A stretch of 30,273 nt of DNA from Gaiellaceae bacterium. Its GTDB lineage: Bacteria; Actinomycetota; Thermoleophilia; Gaiellales; Gaiellaceae. The number at the start of each line of letters is the position of its first letter. Positions within the stretch are counted from its first letter, which is position 1. The stretch is from positions 1-30,273 of the forward strand of contig DATAAQ010000136.1 in assembly GCA_036260055.1 (NCBI GenBank), given 5' to 3'. The position numbers were made by a program, and so were the translations under genes. Below, in pieces: positions 1-5,894 of this stretch. Under the pieces are notes generated by a model. The model made no database searches and had not been told where the DNA came from. It saw nothing but the letters and a program-made list of their open reading frames with translations.

Positions 1-37
1 CGCCGTTCCGAGGCCGGGGGCCCGTAGGAGCGCGACG
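1..37 (+). repeat. Exact 37-bp direct repeat, copy 1 (copy 2 at 528-564)
   Basis: CGCCGTTCCGAGGCCGGGGGCCCGTAGGAGCGCGACG is identical at 1-37 and 528-564 and diverges immediately after. Copy 1 may extend beyond the window start. Confidence 0.95.
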
Positions 38-66
38 AGCGAGGAGACGAGCGCGAGGGCACGCAT
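1..66 (-). CDS. 5' start of a probable secreted/membrane protein gene (MRALALVSSLVALLRAPGLGTA...), running off the window; its last 37 bp are an exact copy of marP sequence
   Basis: ATG at 66, signal-peptide-like N-terminus (basic residue then hydrophobic run), and a CACGAT -10-like box 6 nt upstream. Not in the ORF track because it is truncated. Confidence 0.4.
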   Translation of the reverse strand, partial: MRALALVSSLVALLRAPGLGTA

Positions 67-176
67 GAGGCGATCGTGGCGGGAAAGAGCGAACGAGTGG
101 TGCGCGCTCCGTGCCGGAGGTGCAGGAGACCGTCACGAATCGGCGCGGCGCGCGACGCAGGGGCGACGCGACGCGG

Positions 177-1307
177 CTACCCGATGCAGGGCCCGGGCGA
201 GACGGGGGCCAGCCGCTCTTCGAGCGCCCGCAGCACGAGCTCGACCGGGACGGCGTACCCGCCCCGGCCGTTCCGCGTCCCGCCGAAGATCATCGCCACG
301 ACCCGGCCCCGGCGGTCGACGACCGGTCCCCCGCTCTCCCCCGGCTGGACCCGGCCGCGCAGGGGGACGACCACGCGCGGGCGCACGCGCCGGCCGTACG
401 CGTCCGGCGCGAGCACCGTGCGAGCCTCGCCTGCCGTCGCGGCGGTCGCCGTGAGTGGCCCGTTGCGTGGATACCCGAGCAGGGCGACGGCGCGCGGGAG
501 GCCGACGGCCGGCCCGGCGTCGAGCGGCGCCGTTCCGAGGCCGGGGGCCCGTAGGAGCGCGACGTCGTTCGTCGCGTCGACGTAGACCGCCCGCGCCCCG
601 ACGCTCGCTCCGCCCGGGGCGAGCACGCGCGTGCTCTCCTGCCCCGCGATCACGTGGGCGTTCGTGGCCACGAGCCCCGGCGTCACGACCCAGCCGGATC
701 CCTGCGTCCCCACCCCGCAGGACGTCCCCTCCACCTTGACGACGCCGTCCGCCGCGTCGCGGGCGGCCTCGCTCCGGAGCACGCCCGGGTCCGGCGGCGG
801 CAGGCCGGCCTCGACTCCGGGGAGGAGCGGCAGCGGGTCGAAGCGGTTGAGCGCGGCAAGAACCGCGTCCGGGGGGACCGCCCGCACGAGACGCGGCAGG
901 ATCGCCGAGCTCCGGACCTCTCCCCGCAGGCCGAGCGCCGGCTGCTGGAGCGCGAGCACGGCGACGAGCCATCCGAGCGCAAGCGCGAGCACGCCGCCGG
1001 CGGCGACGCCGCCGACGCGGTCGACGATCGCGAGGGCGGGTCGCGCCGCCAGGAACGCGCGCACCGGCCGTCCGAGGACGGCGGCCAGCACGCCGAGGAC
1101 GAAGGCGCCCACGAGCGCGCCCGCCAGCCCCGCGACCGGCGTCCAGGGCGAGTTCTCCGAGAGGAGGTACGGCGCGACGAGCGAGCCGATCACGGCTCCC
1201 ACGGCGAGTCCCCCGAGCGACAGCGTCTGCGCCGCGAGGCCGCGGGAGAAGCCGAGGAACGCGAAGAGGGCGACGCCGAGCAGCAGGACGACGTCGGCGA
1301 CGTTCAC
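177..1307 (-). CDS. marP: MarP-family membrane serine protease (CvpA-like TM domain plus trypsin-like domain)
   Basis: Four N-terminal TM segments starting MNVADVVLLL..GFSRG. Catalytic motifs TNAHV, DVALL and PGESGGP. Cys pair GTSCG and C-terminal PCIG. Confidence 0.88.
   Translation of the reverse strand: MNVADVVLLLGVALFAFLGFSRGLAAQTLSLGGLAVGAVIGSLVAPYLLSENSPWTPVAGLAGALVGAFVLGVLAAVLGRPVRAFLAARPALAIVDRVGGVAAGGVLALALGWLVAVLALQQPALGLRGEVRSSAILPRLVRAVPPDAVLAALNRFDPLPLLPGVEAGLPPPDPGVLRSEAARDAADGVVKVEGTSCGVGTQGSGWVVTPGLVATNAHVIAGQESTRVLAPGGASVGARAVYVDATNDVALLRAPGLGTAPLDAGPAVGLPRAVALLGYPRNGPLTATAATAGEARTVLAPDAYGRRVRPRVVVPLRGRVQPGESGGPVVDRRGRVVAMIFGGTRNGRGGYAVPVELVLRALEERLAPVSPGPCIG
528..564 (+). 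repeat. Exact 37-bp direct repeat, copy 2 (inside marP, encodes VALLRAPGLGTA)
   Basis: Base-by-base identity with 1-37. Confidence 0.95.
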
Positions 1308-1313
1308 CCCGCC

Positions 1314-1319
1314 AGCATA
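1314..1319 (-). promoter_or_regulatory. -10 box TATGCT, 6 nt before the marP GTG (probable leaderless transcript)
   Basis: Minus strand reads TATGCT-GGCGGG-GTG. No Shine-Dalgarno is present. Confidence 0.55.
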
Positions 1320-1326
1320 CGGACCC

Positions 1327-3780
1327 CTACACGACGAGGTTCACGAGCCGGCCGGGCACGACGACCGTCTTGCGGATCTCCTTGCCGTCGAGGTGAGAGC
1401 GGACGCGGGGCAGCTCCTTCGCGCGCGCCACGAGCTCCTCCTCCGAGAGGCCGACCGCGACCTCCACCCGGTCGCGAACGCGTCCGTTCACCTGGACGAC
1501 GAGCTCGAACGTCTCGCGCTCCAGCATGGCCGGATCCGCCTGCGGCCAGGGCTGCTCCCAGAGGCGCTCGCCACCGAGCCGCGCCCAAAGCTCCTCGGCG
1601 ACGTGCGGCGCGTACGGCTGGATGAGGCTGACGGCCGTCTCAGTCGCAAAGCGCACCTCGCCCGCGCGCTCCACGTCGCCCTTCACCCTGTAGATCTCAT
1701 TGACGAGCTCGAAAAGCGCCGCGATCGGGGTATGGAACTGGAACCGGCGCATGACGTCGTCGGTCACCTTCGCGATCGCCGCGTGCGCGCTGCGGACGAG
1801 CGGCCCGCCCGCCGGGGCGGCGGCCGGACCGCCCTCGGCGACCTCCTGGACGAGGCGCCACAGGCGGTCGATGAGCTTGGCGATTCCCTCGATTCCGGCG
1901 TCGTGCCATTCCATGTCCTGGTCGGCCGGGCCCATGTAGAGGATGTAGAGCCGCACGGCGTCGGCCCCGTAGCGCTCGACCATTGCGTCGGGCGAGACGA
2001 CGTTGCCCTTCGACTTGGACATCTTCGCGCCGAGGTAGTGGATCATCCCCTGGTTGAAGAGGCGCAGGAACGGCTCCCGGAAGCCGACGAGCCCGAGGTC
2101 GTTCAACACCTTCGTGAAGAAGCGGGCGTAGAGGAGGTGGAGGATCGCGTGCTCGATGCCGCCGATGTACTGGTTGACCGGCAGCCAGTAGTCGGCGACC
2201 GCCCGGTCGAACGCGGCCTCCTCGTTGTGGGGGTCGCAGTAGCGGATGAAGTACCACGAGGAGTCGACGAAGGTGTCCATCGTGTCCGTCTCACGGCGGG
2301 CATCTCCCCCGCACCGCGCGCACGGTGTCCGCACCCACTCCTCCGCGGCGGCGAGCGGCGAGCGTCCCTTCGGGAGGTACTCGTCCACCTCCGGCAGGAG
2401 GACGGGCAGCTCCTCCTCCGGAACGGGGACGGTTCCGCACTCCGCGCAGTAGACGATCGGGATGGGGCAGCCCCAGTAGCGCTGCCGGGAGATGAGCCAG
2501 TCCCGCAGGCGGTAGCCCACCGCCGGGCGGCCCTTCCCGCGCCCCTCCAGCCACTCGACGATCGCCTGCTTCGCCTCCGGGCTCGCCAGCCCGGAGAACT
2601 GCGCCGAGTCGACGAGCTTCTCCTCGGCCGAGTGGCCGACGAACGCGGCGCCCGCCTCGGGCGCGCCGTCCGCGGGCACGACCACCGTCTTCACCGGAAG
2701 CTCGTACCGGTCGGCGAAGGCGTAGTCCCTCTCGTCGTGGGCGGGCACCGCCATGATCGCGCCGGTCCCGTACTCCATGAGGACGTAGTCGGAGACCCAG
2801 AGCGGGAGGCGGTCCTCGTTGACCGGGTTCGTGACGAAGCGCCCGGTGAAGACGCCGGTCTTCGGCCGGTCGGGGTCGGTGCGGTCGACCGCCGAGCGGG
2901 CGCCGGCGTGGCGCGCGTAGTCGAGCACCTCGCCCTCGTGCGGGGTGCCCGCCACGAGCTCGGGGAGGAGCGGATGCTCGGGGGCGAGCACGAAGAACGT
3001 CGCTCCGTAGAGCGTGTCCGGGCGGGTCGTGAAGACGGGAAGATCGACGTCGAGCTCCTCGACGCGGAAGACCACCTCGGCGCCCTCGGAGCGGCCGATC
3101 CAGTTGCGCTGCATCGTGAGGACGCGCTCGGGCCACGACTCGAGCAGGGCCATCTCCTCGAGCAGCGTGTCGGCGTACGCGGTGATGCGGAAGAACCACT
3201 GCTCCAGGCTCCGGGCCTCGACCTCCGCGCCGCAGCGCTCGCAGCGCCTGTCGATCACCTGCTCGTTCGCGAGCACCGTCTGGTCTCGCGGGCACCACTT
3301 CACCGGGGCCTCGCGGCGGTAGGCGAGGCCGGCCTCGAAGAGCTTCAGGAAGAGCCACTGCGTCCAGCGGTAGTACTCGGGCGCGTGCGTGGAGACCTCG
3401 CGGTCCCAGTCGATCGCCCAGCCCATCCGGCCCATCTGCTCGCGAATGGCGGCGATGTTCCGCTCGGTGACGGCGCGCGGGTGGCCGCCCTCCCTGATGG
3501 CGGCGTTCTCCGCCGGGAGCCCGAACGCGTCGTAGCCCATCGGGCGGAGGACACGGTCGCCGCTGCGTCGGCGCACATGGGTGACGACGTCGCCGAGCGT
3601 GTAGTTGAGCACGTGGCCCATGTGGATCTCGCCGGACGGGTACGGGAGCATCTCGAGGACGTACGAGCGGGAGCCGTCGGCGTCCGCGGGAGCATCCGGG
3701 TTCGGCACGTGGAACGCGCCCTCGCGCGCCCACACCTCCTGCCACTTCCGCTCGATCGCCTCCGGTTCGTACCGCTCCAT
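1327..3780 (-). CDS. leuS: Leucine--tRNA ligase
   Basis: IERKWQ start, [25 protein letters not shown], editing domain [45 protein letters not shown], and the VQVNG C-terminal domain. Confidence 0.99.
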   Translation of the reverse strand: MERYEPEAIERKWQEVWAREGAFHVPNPDAPADADGSRSYVLEMLPYPSGEIHMGHVLNYTLGDVVTHVRRRSGDRVLRPMGYDAFGLPAENAAIREGGHPRAVTERNIAAIREQMGRMGWAIDWDREVSTHAPEYYRWTQWLFLKLFEAGLAYRREAPVKWCPRDQTVLANEQVIDRRCERCGAEVEARSLEQWFFRITAYADTLLEEMALLESWPERVLTMQRNWIGRSEGAEVVFRVEELDVDLPVFTTRPDTLYGATFFVLAPEHPLLPELVAGTPHEGEVLDYARHAGARSAVDRTDPDRPKTGVFTGRFVTNPVNEDRLPLWVSDYVLMEYGTGAIMAVPAHDERDYAFADRYELPVKTVVVPADGAPEAGAAFVGHSAEEKLVDSAQFSGLASPEAKQAIVEWLEGRGKGRPAVGYRLRDWLISRQRYWGCPIPIVYCAECGTVPVPEEELPVLLPEVDEYLPKGRSPLAAAEEWVRTPCARCGGDARRETDTMDTFVDSSWYFIRYCDPHNEEAAFDRAVADYWLPVNQYIGGIEHAILHLLYARFFTKVLNDLGLVGFREPFLRLFNQGMIHYLGAKMSKSKGNVVSPDAMVERYGADAVRLYILYMGPADQDMEWHDAGIEGIAKLIDRLWRLVQEVAEGGPAAAPAGGPLVRSAHAAIAKVTDDVMRRFQFHTPIAALFELVNEIYRVKGDVERAGEVRFATETAVSLIQPYAPHVAEELWARLGGERLWEQPWPQADPAMLERETFELVVQVNGRVRDRVEVAVGLSEEELVARAKELPRVRSHLDGKEIRKTVVVPGRLVNLVV

Positions 3781-3793
3781 CGTCCTCGCTCCC

Positions 3794-3823
3794 GAAACAA
3801 CAAGGCCTCTCGTGCGAGAGGCC
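3794..3823 (-). terminator. Intrinsic-terminator-like hairpin inside the leuS leader
   Basis: Minus strand GGCCTCTC-GCAC-GAGAGGCC (8-bp perfect stem) followed by TTGTTGTTTC, ending 13 nt before the leuS ATG. Confidence 0.7.
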
Positions 3824-3857
3824 GTGGAGGAGTCGCGAGACCGGCGTCCGCCGCCCG

Positions 3858-3893
3858 CTAGGTCCCCCTGCCGATCGTAAGGCCGAGTGCCAT
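3858..3893 (-). CDS. Candidate leuS leader peptide [11 protein letters not shown] (11 aa)
   Basis: ATG 10 nt downstream of TAGAAT, two Leu codons (CTC, CTT), and a stop 34 nt upstream of the terminator hairpin. Confidence 0.35.
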   Translation of the reverse strand: MALGLTIGRGT

Positions 3894-3902
3894 TCTGCGC
3901 CC

Positions 3903-3914
3903 GATTCTAGCGGC
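3903..3914 (-). promoter_or_regulatory. Promoter -10 region GCCGCTAGAATC upstream of leuS
   Basis: TAGAAT at 3909-3904. The same 12-mer occurs upstream of rplU (20547-20558). Confidence 0.65.
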
Positions 3915-3943
3915 CGGGGGAGCTCCTGTCCGCTGCCGGGCGC

Positions 3944-4230
3944 GTGTGCGATGCTCGGGGCCGGACGCCGGGCGGCCTGCTCACCCGCCTCGGAGTGCCG
4001 GACCTGTGGCGCCGGGACCCGAGATCCTCTGGCCGTGGTGCGGGATCCGGCCGGAGTGAAGCGTTACCAGTGGTCGCTCCGCAGCCGGACGTCCTGCGCA
4101 GTCGTGTGGGGCGAGCCGCGCTTCCGGGCTTCCTCGCTCCGACAGGGGCTACCGGCGCGCCGCCGAGATCGTCCGCGGCGAGCTCCTCCGCCTGTGGCGC
4201 CAGGCCCGAGGCGGTCGCCGCCGGCTTCCC
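3944..4230 (+). other. Unexplained ~290-bp intergenic tract, possibly a decayed gene remnant
   Basis: Protein-like fragments appear in different frames (LLTRLGVPDLWRRDP; LPGFLAP; DRGYRRAAEIVRGELLRLWRQAR), but there is no single convincing ORF. Confidence 0.2.
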
Positions 4231-4269
4231 GCCGGAGCCGGAGGACGGAGCGAGCCGGGTCGGCCCCGC

Positions 4270-4836
4270 CTACCGGCCGGTCCGCGCGCCGACGATGCCG
4301 AGACCCTCGACGAGCGTGAAGAAGGCCGCCGCGTAGGGCGAGTGGAGCGTGCGGGCGCGCACGTCGTCCCAGTCGATCTGCTCCCGAAGCGACCGCGCCA
4401 CCTCGAGCACGCTGTCGTAGTCGACGTTGTGCTCGCCCAGCGCGAGCAGCTTCGTCACCATCACGTCCTCGAGGGAGAGCACCGGCATCTCGACCGCCTC
4501 CACCTCGAGGAGGCTCGCGCGCGCGAACATCTCCTCGTCGACCGGCCCGCTCGCAGGGCGGAAGATGAGATCGACGAGGACGTCGCCGTCGTGCGCCTTG
4601 TAGAGCCACGTCTCCGGCGGCCGCTCCGGCTCCATGCCGACGGCTTCGAGGGCCTCGAGGGCTCGCTCGGCGTCCTCCTGGCGCACCATGAAGTCGAGGT
4701 CGTGGTCGGTCTCCGGCCCGCCGCGCGCCCAGCAGGCGAGGCCCCCGCCGAGCAGGAACGGCACGTCCGCCTCGCGCAGCGCGGCGGCCGCCTTCTTCAG
4801 CGTGGGCATCATGCGCTCGAACTCCCGGACGCTCAC
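4270..4836 (-). CDS. Nucleotidyltransferase family protein (Pol-beta superfamily, uncharacterised)
   Basis: Motif LLGGGLA..GGPETDHDLDFMV (hGG-x-DhD) and a third Asp in VDLIF. Alternative start is ATG at 4812. Confidence 0.85.
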   Translation of the reverse strand: MSVREFERMMPTLKKAAAALREADVPFLLGGGLACWARGGPETDHDLDFMVRQEDAERALEALEAVGMEPERPPETWLYKAHDGDVLVDLIFRPASGPVDEEMFARASLLEVEAVEMPVLSLEDVMVTKLLALGEHNVDYDSVLEVARSLREQIDWDDVRARTLHSPYAAAFFTLVEGLGIVGARTGR

Positions 4837-4862
4837 GCAGTCGGGGTACCCTCCACGCCCGA

Positions 4863-5621
4863 TTGAGCAAACGAAGCCGCCCCATTCGCGTCGCCGCGGC
4901 GGCGGACGTCCACGCGAGCCCGGAGCGGCGCGCGGAGGTCGAGGAGGCCTTCGCCGGTCTCGGCGGCCGCGCGGACGTGCTGCTCCTCGCGGGCGACCTC
5001 ACGACGCTCGGCGAGCCGGAGCAGGCCGCCGTGGTGGCGGAGGCGTGCCGCCCGCTCGGGATCCCCGTCTGCGCGGTCCTCGGGAACCACGACTGGCACG
5101 GGGACCGCCGCGACGAGCTCGTGGCGGCGCTCGAGGAGGGCGGCGTCGTCGTGCTCGACCGGAGCTGGACCGTCCTCGACCTCGACGGCACGGAACTCGG
5201 CGTCGTCGGCACGAAGGGCTTCGTCGGCGGCTTCCCCGACTCGGCGCTTCCCGACTTCGGCGAGCCGCTCCTCCGCCAGGTCTACGCCGAGACGACGGCC
5301 GAGGTCTCCGCGCTCGCGGAGGGCCTCCGCGCCGTCGCGCACTGTCCCCTCCGCGTGGTGCTCCTCCACTATGCGCCGACGTCCACGACGCTCGAGGGCG
5401 AGCCGAAGGGGATCTACGCCTTCCTCGGCAGCGACCGGCTCGCGCATCCGATCGCCGAGCACACTCCCGACCTCGTCCTCCACGGGCACGGGCACGCCGG
5501 CACGTTCGAGGGCTTCATCGGCGCGGTGCCGGTGTTCAACGTCTCGGTTCCGGTGATGGGGCGGGATTTTTGGGTATTCGAGCTACCGAGCGACGAAAGG
5601 AGCCCGGATGGCCCGCTGTGA
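4863..5621 (+). CDS. Calcineurin-like metallophosphoesterase
   Basis: All five motifs are present: ADVHA, AGDLT, GNHD, LHYAP, HGHGH. TTG start 10 nt after a TACCCT box. Confidence 0.9.
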   Translation: MSKRSRPIRVAAAADVHASPERRAEVEEAFAGLGGRADVLLLAGDLTTLGEPEQAAVVAEACRPLGIPVCAVLGNHDWHGDRRDELVAALEEGGVVVLDRSWTVLDLDGTELGVVGTKGFVGGFPDSALPDFGEPLLRQVYAETTAEVSALAEGLRAVAHCPLRVVLLHYAPTSTTLEGEPKGIYAFLGSDRLAHPIAEHTPDLVLHGHGHAGTFEGFIGAVPVFNVSVPVMGRDFWVFELPSDERSPDGPL

Positions 5622-5844
5622 CGTCTGCGGCAACGAGTACGACAAGTCCTTCGACGTGACGATGGAGGGCTCGACGCACACCTTCGACAGCTTCGAGTGC
5701 GCGATCCACGCGCTCGCGCCGACGTGTGAGCACTGCGGCTGCCGCATCATCGGACACGGCGTCGAGTCGGACGGCCGGATGTTCTGCTGCGCCAGCTGCG
5801 CCGAGCAGGCGGGGGTGAGCGGCCTCCGCGACCGGACCGGCTAG
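5608..5844 (+). CDS. Small Cys/His-rich metal-binding protein (TRASH/metallothionein-like), 78 aa
   Basis: CxxC..FDSFECAIH..CEHCGC..CCASC, with 9 Cys and 4 His. Overlaps the phosphoesterase gene by 14 bp. Confidence 0.8.
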   Translation: MARCDVCGNEYDKSFDVTMEGSTHTFDSFECAIHALAPTCEHCGCRIIGHGVESDGRMFCCASCAEQAGVSGLRDRTG

Positions 5845-5875
5845 CGCTCAAGCGCACGTAAAGCAGGCGGGCGGG

Positions 5876-5891
5876 CGTTCCGATAGGAACG
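5876..5891. promoter_or_regulatory. Perfect inverted repeat CGTTCC-GATA-GGAACG covering the kinase ribosome-binding region
   Basis: 6-4-6 palindrome ending 3 nt before the ATG at 5895. The AGGA lies mostly within the 3' arm. Confidence 0.35.
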
Positions 5892-5894
5892 TCG

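Noticed and set aside
631-3861. 1076-aa plus-strand ORF
   Set aside because: Antisense shadow of leuS/marP. Long stop-free antisense frames are expected with extreme GC3 bias, and it has no recognisable motifs.
3781-3900. T-box riboswitch upstream of leuS
   Set aside because: The leader is only about 115 nt, with no Stem I/specifier loop and no UGGN-ACC antiterminator bulge before the terminator.
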